A stretch of 64,000 nucleotides of DNA, taken from positions 1 to 64,000 of IMG/VR virus record IMGVR_UViG_3300042317_001647; one strand, given 5' to 3'. The position numbers were made by a program, and so were the translations under genes. This document shows positions 1-10,400 of this stretch, piece after piece. The first letter of the stretch is position 1. Each line of letters begins with the position of its first letter. This stretch comes from an uncultured virus (IMG/VR IMGVR_UViG_3300042317_001647). Taxonomy: Duplodnaviria; Heunggongvirae; Uroviricota; Caudoviricetes. Under the pieces are notes generated by a model that worked only from the letters and a program-made list of their open reading frames with translations, had not been told where the DNA came from and ran no database searches.

Positions 1-901
1 CCAGCGGATCATCTGGTTTAACTGGGGCAACTGGTACCCAAGGCGCTAGTGGTATTCAAGGCGCTAGTGGTATTCAAGGGGCATCTGGTATTCAAGGCGC
101 ATCTGGTGCAACTGGTATCAGGGGCGCATCTGGTATTCAAGGCGCTAGTGGTATTCAGGGTGCTAGTGGTATTCAAGGCGCATCTGGTATTCAAGGCGCA
201 TCTGGTATTCAAGGCGCTAGTGGCATTCAAGGAATTCAAGGAATTCAAGGCGTATCTGGTATTCAGGGTGCTAGTGGTGCAACTGGTATCAGGGGCGCAT
301 CTGGTATTCAAGGTGCTAGTGGTATTCAAGGTGCTAGTGGTATTCAAGGCGCATCTGGTATTCAAGGTGCATCTGGTATTCAAGGTGCTAGTGGTGCAAC
401 TGGTATCAGGGGCGCATCTGGTATTCAAGGCGCATCTGGTATTCAAGGTGCTAGTGGTGCAACTGGTATTCAAGGCGCATCTGGTATTCAAGGCGCATCT
501 GGTATTCAAGGTGCATCTGGTATTCAAGGTGCTAGTGGCTCGATTGGTTATACAGGATCTACGGGCCCAATTGGTCAAACTGGATTAGTAGGACCATCTG
601 GTCCAGTCGGTCCCACTGGATCTGCTGGACCAGATGGTCCACAAGGCGCAAGTGGTGCTACCGGCGTAATCGGTGCGAGTGGTGCCCAGGGAGCAAGTGG
701 CATCCAAGGCGCAAGTGGTATCCGAGGAGCTAGTGGTGTTCAAGGCGCATCTGGTATTCAAGGTGTTCAAGGAGCCAGCGGATCATCTGGTTTAACTGGG
801 GCAACTGGTACCCAAGGCGCTAGTGGTATTCAAGGCGCTAGTGGTATTCAAGGGGCATCTGGTATTCAAGGCGCATCTGGTGCAACTGGTATCAGGGGCG
901 C
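1..901 (+). repeat. 18-nt unit collagen-coding tandem repeats with an exact 127-bp duplication (1-127 = 775-901)
   Basis: GGTATTCAAGGCGC(A/T)... units; identity at offset 774 checked by eye. Confidence 0.85.
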
Positions 902-3764
902 TAGTGGTATTCAGGGTGCTAGTGGCGTTCAAGGTGCATCTGGTATTCAAGGCGCATCTGGTATTCAAGGCGCTAGTGGTATTCAGGGTGCTAGTGGCGT
1001 TCAAGGTGCATCTGGTATTCAAGGCGCATCTGGTATTCAGGGTGCTAGTGGTGCAACTGGTATCAGGGGCGCATCTGGTATTCAAGGTGCAAGTGGTATT
1101 CAAGGCGCTAGTGGTGCAACTGGTATTACCGGTGCTACTGGTCCGCAAGGTTCCTTCGGTGGTGCTGCTCTTGATTATTTCTATTCAACTAATACCGCCG
1201 ATACTGATCCAGGCACTGGTTATTTAAAATTTAATAATTCTATTTTTTCTAGTGCCACGGTATTATACATCAATAATACTGATCACAATAGCATTGTAGT
1301 AACTAATTTATTATTAACAATTGATGATTCGACATCTGCTATAAAAGGGCATTTCTCAATCAAAGACGAAGTGAATGAAGCAACGTATTCAATGTTTGCT
1401 ATCACTGGTACTTTAACACAATCGGGGAATTATTTTAAGGTACCAGTTAGTTATATCTCCGGAACTACTTCATTGACTAATGGATTAGATGTAATTATAA
1501 CTTTTGCTAGAACAGGTGATAAAGGCGATACCGGATTACAAGGCGCCAGTGGTATTCAAGGTGCATCTGGTATTCAGGGTGCAAGTGGTGCATCTGGTAT
1601 TCAAGGTGCTAGTGGTATTCAAGGCGCATCTGGTATTCAAGGTGCAAGTGGTATTCAAGGTGCATCTGGTATTCAGGGTGCAAGTGGTGCAACCGGTATT
1701 AGAGGTGCTAGTGGCGTTCAAGGCGCAAGTGGTATTCAAGGCGCATCTGGTATTCAAGGTTCTAGTGGTGCAACCGGTATTCAAGGTGCTAGTGGTATTC
1801 AAGGTGCTAGTGGTGCAACCGGTATTAGAGGTGCAAGTGGTATTCAAGGTGCTAGTGGATCTGTAGGATTAACTGGTGCTACTGGAACACAAGGTGCTAG
1901 TGGTTCTACTGGTATCACTGGTGCTACTGGGGTACAAGGATTGCAAGGTGCAACCGGGACCCAAGGCGCAAGTGGTGTTGGTGCAACTGGAGTTGGTGCA
2001 AGCGGTGCAACTGGTATACAGGGAGCAAGCGGTGCAAATGGCGGATTTTTAACTGCTGGCTCGTATGTAGTTCGCGGTGTTAAAAATGGAACAGCTCAAA
2101 CTATCACCAGCGGATCTGATCAAGTTGTTACATTCGTTGATGATTTTGATCCTAATAACTGGTTAACATCCAGTCAATTTAAACCTAATATTGCTGGTTA
2201 TTATAATATCAATGTTGCAGTGTGGTGGGATGCTGGTGCTATCACAACCCAACAATCTAATATCCAATTAAGAAAGAACGGAAGTACACAACTTGGAATT
2301 GATCAAACACAGATTTTAACAGGTGCAGGGTATGGTCAAAATTTATCTACAATTGCTTATTTTAACGGCACAACCGACTATGTAGAAGTTACTGCATATA
2401 CAGCAAACACCACTTCACAAAATATCAACGGATCGGGATCAGGCACCTGGATTTCAGCAGCATTATATGCGTATGGTCCCCAAGGAGCTAGTGGTGCAAC
2501 TGGTATTCAAGGCGCTAGTGGTGCAACTGGTATTCAAGGTACCAGTGGCATTCAAGGCGCCAGTGGCGCAACTGGTATTAGAGGTGCTAGTGGTGTACAA
2601 GGAGCTAGTGGTGCAACAGGCATTCAAGGAGCTAGTGGTATTCAAGGTGCTAGTGGATCAACTGGCCCTACTGGATCGCAAGGAGCTAGTGGTGCATCTG
2701 GATTAGTTGGCCTCACTGGAGCTACTGGTATTCAAGGTGCTACAGGACCAGTATCATTGTCAATGTATCAAACAAAATTGGATTTCGGTAGTGCTACAGC
2801 AGGAACTTGGCGTAAAATAGTCACTGTTGCGCTGGGAACTGCTACCTATACATCGGCTGGATATAAAATTGTTATAGTTGATCCAAATGCCAATCACGCG
2901 GTACAAGGAAGTATTAATGCAGACACATACGTATATTATATTGCGTGTATTCGCACTGAAGGGACTACTTTAGACACACCAGATGCTTGTTATATCAGCG
3001 GTCCTGGTAGTCATATTCGAGCAGTTAAATTAAGCACTGGTAATTATGAAATCCAAGTCTCCAATGAAAAACAATGGCAAGAATATTTAATAACTATCCA
3101 ATTATATACCGAAAGTAATGGATTAACTGCAGCAACCTATTATGATGGTAGTACCGACGGTACTACTGGTATAGCTACTTATACGGCAGCGGTTGGTACG
3201 GCAACAGATTTTTTCCAACAAGTGCGGGTGGCTAGTTCGGGAGCTGGTGATGCATTAAGAATCACTCAAACTGGATCAGGCAATGCGTTAGTAGTAGAAG
3301 ACGAAGCCAACCCTGATTCAACACCATTTGTCATTACAGCAGATGGCACTGTTGGTATCGGGATTACGCCATTATATAAATTACACGTAAATGGGTCTTT
3401 TGCAGCCACCAGTAAATCATTTTTGATTGAACATCCAATTAAACCAAATATGAGTTTGCGATATGGTAGTTTGGAATCGCCATACCATGGCGTTAGATTA
3501 ACTGGGGAAGCTACAATATCTGGCATATCGGTAATTATTAAATTGCCCGATTATATTCATGGGTTGGTAAAAATAGCAGGAAGCCAAGTTCAAATAACCA
3601 ATATTAAACATAATAAAGTTCTTTGGGTTGATAGCATAGATATTGAAAATGATTGTTTTACAGTTGGTATGAATAGGAATTGTTTTGATCGAAAAGAATA
3701 TGCATTTTATTGGTCATTTACTGCTATTAGAAAAGATATAGACGATATGGAAGTGGAGTTTTAG
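3..3764 (+). CDS. Collagen-like (Gly-X-Y) tail fibre protein, 5' truncated by the window
   Basis: Frame is open from nt 3 through the listed 1371..3764 ORF. Long GASGIQ/GATGIR triplet blocks are separated by globular segments. C-terminus (FAATSKSFLIEHP...LRYGSLESP) is typical of phage fibre ends. Confidence 0.85.
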   Translation, partial: SGSSGLTGATGTQGASGIQGASGIQGASGIQGASGATGIRGASGIQGASGIQGASGIQGASGIQGASGIQGASGIQGIQGIQGVSGIQGASGATGIRGASGIQGASGIQGASGIQGASGIQGASGIQGASGATGIRGASGIQGASGIQGASGATGIQGASGIQGASGIQGASGIQGASGSIGYTGSTGPIGQTGLVGPSGPVGPTGSAGPDGPQGASGATGVIGASGAQGASGIQGASGIRGASGVQGASGIQGVQGASGSSGLTGATGTQGASGIQGASGIQGASGIQGASGATGIRGASGIQGASGVQGASGIQGASGIQGASGIQGASGVQGASGIQGASGIQGASGATGIRGASGIQGASGIQGASGATGITGATGPQGSFGGAALDYFYSTNTADTDPGTGYLKFNNSIFSSATVLYINNTDHNSIVVTNLLLTIDDSTSAIKGHFSIKDEVNEATYSMFAITGTLTQSGNYFKVPVSYISGTTSLTNGLDVIITFARTGDKGDTGLQGASGIQGASGIQGASGASGIQGASGIQGASGIQGASGIQGASGIQGASGATGIRGASGVQGASGIQGASGIQGSSGATGIQGASGIQGASGATGIRGASGIQGASGSVGLTGATGTQGASGSTGITGATGVQGLQGATGTQGASGVGATGVGASGATGIQGASGANGGFLTAGSYVVRGVKNGTAQTITSGSDQVVTFVDDFDPNNWLTSSQFKPNIAGYYNINVAVWWDAGAITTQQSNIQLRKNGSTQLGIDQTQILTGAGYGQNLSTIAYFNGTTDYVEVTAYTANTTSQNINGSGSGTWISAALYAYGPQGASGATGIQGASGATGIQGTSGIQGASGATGIRGASGVQGASGATGIQGASGIQGASGSTGPTGSQGASGASGLVGLTGATGIQGATGPVSLSMYQTKLDFGSATAGTWRKIVTVALGTATYTSAGYKIVIVDPNANHAVQGSINADTYVYYIACIRTEGTTLDTPDACYISGPGSHIRAVKLSTGNYEIQVSNEKQWQEYLITIQLYTESNGLTAATYYDGSTDGTTGIATYTAAVGTATDFFQQVRVASSGAGDALRITQTGSGNALVVEDEANPDSTPFVITADGTVGIGITPLYKLHVNGSFAATSKSFLIEHPIKPNMSLRYGSLESPYHGVRLTGEATISGISVIIKLPDYIHGLVKIAGSQVQITNIKHNKVLWVDSIDIENDCFTVGMNRNCFDRKEYAFYWSFTAIRKDIDDMEVEF

Positions 3765-4928
3765 ATGGGAATATCTTATAATCCATCTATTGTCACAGAT
3801 GGATTAGTATTGCATTTAGATGCAGCTAATCCAAAAAGTTTTAGTCCAAACGTACATCCTAACCCAACGGATTTGTATGGATGGAAGACTAGTGCATCTC
3901 GTGCTACAATATCTCGTGATACATCTATGAGTTCACCTGTTGGTAATACACCGATGAAAATGGTAATTACCGGGGACGATCCCTTTCAAAATACAACAGA
4001 TATAAAATTAGCTGATGCTGCATCTGGTCAATCCTGGACTGTTAGCGCATATGTAAAAGGTTCTGTAACTACAACAGGACAATTGTTTATATTAGGATTA
4101 AATTCATCCAATGGATATGTTGAAGCACCATCTGGGGCAATTAATATAACTCCAGATTGGACGCGAGTATCGTTTACAACTACTTTTTCAAATGCTAATA
4201 CAGTAGGTATTGCTATTCGATTAGACGGAACTAATTCTGGCGGCACTGGAAATATTATTTGGTGGGATGGCGTTCAAGTAGAACGTTCTTCATCTGCTAC
4301 CACCTTTAATTCATTTACTAATCCAAATAGAGCAAACTGGACTAATCTTATAACTCCAACAAATGCAACTTTGTATGCTAGTCCGGTATTTGGTTCAAAT
4401 ATGTTAACGTTTGATGGTTCTACTAATTACGCAGATTTTTCCGCAGGAACGTTAGGTGATGTTATTACTGTTGAAATGGTAGCAAAATTAAAAAGTTTAA
4501 ATGGTGTTATGCCATTTGGCTTCTCTGGTTATGATGTTTATGCGGTTGGAGGGTACATGGGATTTAATACCGGAGCAAGCGATCGATATGGGTTAACGTC
4601 AACTCAAACAACAAATCTTGGGTTATTGAATACCTGGAAACATTATTGTTTTGTAATGGTCAATAATACATCACTATCAAGTAACCCCTATACAAGTAAT
4701 AAAATGTACATTGATACTGTTAATCAAACATTATCACAAACGGCTGGTACTCAACACGCAACGCCTCGTAATTTTACTGCAGGTACTGGTAGAATTTCCG
4801 GTTGGGTGAATGATTCTAGTTATAAAATTCCCATGGATTTGATAACATTTAAAATATACAATAAGCAATTATCTCAGGCAGAAATTGATCAGAATTTTAA
4901 CGCAATTCGCGGAAGGGTTGGGTTATAA
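3765..4928 (+). CDS. LamG/concanavalin A-like virion protein with carbohydrate-binding insert (paralog 1)
   Basis: GLVLHLDAANPKS N-terminus and IYNKQLSQAEIDQNFNAIRGRVGL C-terminus, shared with the next two genes. Confidence 0.75.
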   Translation: MGISYNPSIVTDGLVLHLDAANPKSFSPNVHPNPTDLYGWKTSASRATISRDTSMSSPVGNTPMKMVITGDDPFQNTTDIKLADAASGQSWTVSAYVKGSVTTTGQLFILGLNSSNGYVEAPSGAINITPDWTRVSFTTTFSNANTVGIAIRLDGTNSGGTGNIIWWDGVQVERSSSATTFNSFTNPNRANWTNLITPTNATLYASPVFGSNMLTFDGSTNYADFSAGTLGDVITVEMVAKLKSLNGVMPFGFSGYDVYAVGGYMGFNTGASDRYGLTSTQTTNLGLLNTWKHYCFVMVNNTSLSSNPYTSNKMYIDTVNQTLSQTAGTQHATPRNFTAGTGRISGWVNDSSYKIPMDLITFKIYNKQLSQAEIDQNFNAIRGRVGL

Positions 4929-6220
4929 TGTTATCTCATTCTCCATCTGTCGTTACCAGTAATCTATTATTATGTTTAGATGCTGCTAATCCGAAAAGTT
5001 ATAATAAGTATGAAAATTTATTGCGATATAGTGAAGATTTTAGCAATGTTGTTTGGAGTAGAACTAGTACAACAATTTCCGCAAATGCTGCGGTTGATCC
5101 TAATGGCTATTTTACTGCTGATAAATTAATTGGTAATAATGGTATAACTAGCAGGAAATCTACATACCAAACTTATTCAGAGTTTACTGCTGGTACTACT
5201 TACATTTTTAGTATATATTTAAAACAAGCTGGGTTCACCAATGCGATGATATGGTTTGATACTGCTAATTCATCACCAAATGCATACATGGGTGCAGGTA
5301 GTTTAATTAACCTGGCCGCAGGCACTGTTGCTGGTTCGCAAACTACAATCGTTAATGCGTCAAATGGTTGGTATAGATGTTATATTACTTTTACTGCTAC
5401 AGTATCAGGTTCATATAATCTTCAAATTAGTTTGGGCGACGCTAATGGGAATGGGACTGCCACCGGGGATGGTGTATCCGGTATTTATTTATGGGGTGCA
5501 CAATTAGAAATCGACACATCATTAACCGATTATACAAAAACCATATCCACAGCTATAGCTAGAAGTACCTCATTATTAGATACTAGTGGAAATGGTTATA
5601 ATTTTACATTAAATAATCCATCGTATTATTCGTACGATAATACTACAAAATCAATAAATTTTACTCGTGATGCGTCTACTAAAATAGGTGGATATGCTGT
5701 ACGAAACACAAGCGGATTATTAAGCTCTCAAACCTATTTGTATAATGATCATACCACAGAAGTATGGGCTAGAATTAATGATTCTGCTCCTGGGAATTAT
5801 GATGCAACCGAATCTTTTAGCGCATTAATTGCATATCAAGGGTTTCATTGTATGTTCTTATATAATTCTACCACACTTCGATATAGTGTGTGGACTAATA
5901 CCGGACCAGCTAATCCTAATACAACTAGTTTGGTTATTGGTACCGATATAATAGTTGGAAATTGGTTCCAAGTTGCGGTTACTAAAAGCGGTTCAATTTT
6001 TAAAACTTATCTAAATGGTGTGTTGAAAAAAACTGATACTATAGATACTATTCCATTTACTGGGGTTCAAAGTGTATTGCGTGTTGGTGCTGCTAATGTT
6101 GGTAGTTATTCGTATTATTCCAAATCCAATATTAGCAATGTTAAGATGTATAATCGTACATTAACTGAATTAGAAATCAAACAAAACTTCAATGCGCTAC
6201 GTGGGAGATTTGGATTATGA
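4928..6220 (+). CDS. LamG/concanavalin A-like virion protein (paralog 2)
   Basis: LLLCLDAANPKS; NLLRYSEDF...GWYRC...WGAQLE insert; YNRTLTELEIKQNFNALRGRFGL. Confidence 0.75.
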   Translation: MLSHSPSVVTSNLLLCLDAANPKSYNKYENLLRYSEDFSNVVWSRTSTTISANAAVDPNGYFTADKLIGNNGITSRKSTYQTYSEFTAGTTYIFSIYLKQAGFTNAMIWFDTANSSPNAYMGAGSLINLAAGTVAGSQTTIVNASNGWYRCYITFTATVSGSYNLQISLGDANGNGTATGDGVSGIYLWGAQLEIDTSLTDYTKTISTAIARSTSLLDTSGNGYNFTLNNPSYYSYDNTTKSINFTRDASTKIGGYAVRNTSGLLSSQTYLYNDHTTEVWARINDSAPGNYDATESFSALIAYQGFHCMFLYNSTTLRYSVWTNTGPANPNTTSLVIGTDIIVGNWFQVAVTKSGSIFKTYLNGVLKKTDTIDTIPFTGVQSVLRVGAANVGSYSYYSKSNISNVKMYNRTLTELEIKQNFNALRGRFGL

Positions 6221-7467
6221 GTTGTTATAGTGGACCAGAACTATCAAGTTCTGGATTGGTATTATCGTTAGACCCCGTGAATCTTAAAAGTTATAATCAA
6301 TCGGAAAATTTGTATCCCGATAGCGAAAGTTTAAGTTCTCTAAATGCTACTCGATGTTATAAAACATTAATATCAACCGGCGGCCCAGTTAATAACTCAT
6401 ATACTATCATAACCATATCTGATAATTCTGGGGCGCAATATATTTATGAAGGGGCATCATCAGTTGCTGCAGGCGATACAGTAACACAAAGTTGGTATGT
6501 TAGAGATATAGATTCTATTAATATTATATCATTAAGATTTTGGACAGGTACTGGCAGAGCATGGACAACCCAACGCCAAGTTGATTATACGTTGTCATCC
6601 AGTACTATGGTCGATTATAGTGGCGTAATTGTTGATAAACAACTTAAATATATTGGTGATGGGTGGTATCGGTTATCATTAACTGCCGTTGCAGATCAAG
6701 CGGGTACTGCAATCATGTCAATAATATGGACAACTCCGTTAGCAATCGGTAAACGATTATATGTTTCTGGTCCACAATTAACTAAAAAAACAGGGTTAAC
6801 AGCTTACACACCAACTACTGGTTCTATAATTACTCAATCTACTACAGTATCTGATATTAGTAATAACAACAATACTGCAACTATAGTTAATTCGCCTGTA
6901 TACAACTCAAGCGGATATTTTAGTTATGATTATACTAAATCGCAACAATTAACCTTTGCTAATAACCCTAATCTACAATTCTTGGGTAATTCACCATATA
7001 CATTAGAAGCATGGATATATCCTACTAGAAATCCAGGAGCATCAAATTATACTGGTATTTTTGACCGTGAAAGCAATCCTGGGTCTGGACGAGATGGGTA
7101 TAATTTATACTTTCTTGGTGGTACTGCTGGGGCTACTACCCAAATTACTGCCGAACGATTTTCTGCGGGTACAGCTTCTGCTACTTGGATAACATTATAT
7201 GAAAGTGTGTCAGTAAATGCATGGCATCATATTGTAGCAACCTATGATGGTAGTTTATTGCGAATATATAGAAATGGGTCCTATGTTTCCACTAGTAGTG
7301 CATCAACTGGTGCTATTACTAATACCGTTAAAACATTAACAATAGGTGTGCGTGGCGGTAATCGTTTTGACGGTAGAATTGGTGTTACTAATATTTACAA
7401 TCGAGCATTATCAGCTGCTGATATCGTACAAAGTTTCAATGCGTTAAGAGGCCGATATGGATTGTGA
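6217..7467 (+). CDS. LamG/concanavalin A-like virion protein (paralog 3)
   Basis: LVLSLDPVNLKS; WHHIVATYDG...YRNG; YNRALSAADIVQSFNALRGRYGL. Confidence 0.78.
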   Translation: MSCYSGPELSSSGLVLSLDPVNLKSYNQSENLYPDSESLSSLNATRCYKTLISTGGPVNNSYTIITISDNSGAQYIYEGASSVAAGDTVTQSWYVRDIDSINIISLRFWTGTGRAWTTQRQVDYTLSSSTMVDYSGVIVDKQLKYIGDGWYRLSLTAVADQAGTAIMSIIWTTPLAIGKRLYVSGPQLTKKTGLTAYTPTTGSIITQSTTVSDISNNNNTATIVNSPVYNSSGYFSYDYTKSQQLTFANNPNLQFLGNSPYTLEAWIYPTRNPGASNYTGIFDRESNPGSGRDGYNLYFLGGTAGATTQITAERFSAGTASATWITLYESVSVNAWHHIVATYDGSLLRIYRNGSYVSTSSASTGAITNTVKTLTIGVRGGNRFDGRIGVTNIYNRALSAADIVQSFNALRGRYGL

Positions 7468-7498
7468 TAAATATAGAATATAAAAAGTAGGATTTTAA

Positions 7499-10400
7499 AT
7501 GTCATATAATGATCGTAACATCGTAATTACACCAAATATTGGTTCGTCTACCGAAGATCCAAAGATTGTATTTTCTGGGGCAGACTCATCAACTGCAGCT
7601 CAGAATATTACATTAAAAGCATACCCAACTTCTAGCGGAACATTAAGTTTTGAAGGATCGGCTGGCCAATTATTCAGTATCACTAATAGTTTGTCTGGTA
7701 CTATATTTGCTGTTAATGATGTGTCTGGTATTCCTAGTATCGAAGTATTAGATACTGGTACTATAAAATTTGCACAATATTCAGGCAATGTTGGTATCGG
7801 AACTAGCTCACCAGCGTATAAATTAGATGTGTCTGGAACTGCCAATGCTTCTGCTGTTATTACACCTTCTGTTACTGCCCCCTCTACTGATTTAACATTA
7901 AGTGCTGTTAGTACCGGAATTACTAAATTAGCAGTTGCTAATGGAGTTGTATTTACTGCAACTGACCATCCGTATAGTACTGGTGGTTCTATTGTAAATT
8001 ACCCTAGAGCATTTGGTAGTCAAACTGGATATACCGTTGGTATGATGGCACAAGGTATAGATACTAATGTTGGTTTGGTTTTATCATCTAAAGGAAATCT
8101 ACCTGTCGAGTTTTGGACTAATACGGTTGGTAATAAACAATTTCAGGTTTCTCATACTGCTTCTACAGTTAACTACGCCCAAGCAACTGGCGCAGCAACA
8201 GGTTCTGGTCCTACATTATCCGCACAAGGTTCGGATACTAATATAGATTTTAATATTGCAACTAAAGGAACTGGCATACTCTCATTCTATACCCGTGCCG
8301 CTCTTCAGACTATAGTTTCAGGTCAATCGTCCGCTGTAAACTATTTACAGTTGAACGGTCAAACAACTGGTAATTATCCAGCCATTAATGTTGCTGGTAG
8401 TGATGCTAATGTTGGGTTGGATTTGATTACCAAAGGCACGGGTCCTGTTCGATTGCGTACGGGGTCAAGTTCCGGCATTCAATTTTTGGTAGCTAATGTT
8501 GATTCTGCTGTTAACTATATTCAAGCGAATGGCGCATCAACTACTAATTGGCCAACTTTATTAGCGACTGGTTCTGATACAAATGTAACTTTTAACTTCG
8601 TTACTAAAGGTACGGGAGTTCATAATTTTGGAACGGGGGGTGCTGGCAGTAATAGTCAATTAAGGGTATCGCATACCACATCTGCTGTTAATTATGTTAA
8701 CGTTACTGGAGCAGCGACTGGTTCTGGTCCTACTATATCTGCACAGGGTAGTGATTCGAATATTGATTTTAATATTGCAGCTAAAGGCACGGGTTCAGTT
8801 AAGATAAAAACTGGGTCAAGTTCTAATACTCAGGTACAATTTGACGATGCAACAACAACGGGCCAATATACCTTATTTTCTCGCGACAATTCGAATAATA
8901 TTCAAAAATTAGGAGCAATGGGTTCGGCAAATTTTGGTCTATATGCAACGGGTGGAGGTAGCGTTAGATTTTATACGTCATCTAATGTATCAGACGAGCA
9001 ATTTAGAATATCGCATACCACATCTGCTGTTAATTATGTTCAAATAACTGGATCTGCAACAGGAAATAGTCCGGTTTTATCCGCTCAAGGGTCTGATACT
9101 AATATCAATATATTATTGACACCAAAAGGAACTGGTAATGTTGGTATAGGAACAACAAGTCCAAGTGTTAAATTAGAAGTAGATGGTAATTTTAAAATAT
9201 CTAACACGCAAGAAATCTTAACTAAAACTAGTGGTGTTGAAGGATGGGGATATGTTAATAGTATTTCTATTACTGGACAAGAAACCAATGCATTAGGATT
9301 AAGTATGTCAACAGATGGCACTAAAATGTATATTATTGGATCAACCAATGATACAGTCTATCAATATACTTTATCTACTGCATTCGATGTTTCTACTGCT
9401 GTTTATTCAGGATTATCATTTAGTGTAACTACAACTGCTGGAACACCACATTCGTTATTCTTTAAACCAGATGGCACAGCTTTTTATATTGTTAATGATT
9501 CAACTACTGATACAGTTCAACAGTTTAATTTATCAACTGCATGGAATATTTCTACTGCTAGTTATGTAACTTCATATACATTTACTCAAGATACAGTTCC
9601 AGCTGGGTTAGAATTTAGTCCAGATGGCACTAAAATGCATCTTATTGGAGATACTAATAATACTGTTTATCAATTCGCATTATCTACACCATGGGATTTA
9701 ACAACTACTGCTACAACTCCTACTTATACATTCTCAGTTGCTACTCAAGAAACTGCACCAAACGGTATTGAATTTAATAGCGATGGCACTAAAATGTATA
9801 TTGTTGGTTTAGTTGCAGATGCAATATTACAATATAATTTATCTACACCATGGAATATAACAACTGCGGTCTATGATAGTAGATTAATTGCTGCAGCAGG
9901 TGGTGTTAATATTGGTAATATCAGTGATATCTATATTGATATTAGTAATAATATTGCCTTATTAATTGATAATAGTGCTGATAGAGTATATCAATTTACA
10001 ACAAATACTAATGCATTAAAAGTTATCGGTAATCATGTTATAGTTGATCCTAAAACTATATTTAATAATGAATTAATTGGTAGAGGCAATGCTTATTTTT
10101 ATAACCCTGTTGCATTACAATCTTCATTGTCAGTTGCAGCTGGTGCATCATTTATTAGTACATTAACTGCATCTAATACAATATCGTTAGTTGGTGCAAC
10201 TACAACTACAACTTCTTTGGGAACAGCAGCTAGTACAGGTACATTAACTTTAGGTGGTACAGGTCAAACTGGATTAATTCAAATTGGTCAATCAACTGCT
10301 ACCCATACACTTAATATTGATACTGGTGCTACTATTAGCGGTGCAACTAAAAATATTGCTATTGGCACAGGTGGCGTAAGTGGTTCAACAACTGGTATTA

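Noticed and set aside
18..2706. Many alternative-frame and antisense ORFs (VFKAHL..., LNTRCA...)
   Set aside because: They are shadows of the 18-nt collagen repeat; the real frame is Gly-X-Y
1..2750. CRISPR-like periodic repeats
   Set aside because: No unique spacers; units are in-frame codon repeats; no cas genes in the window
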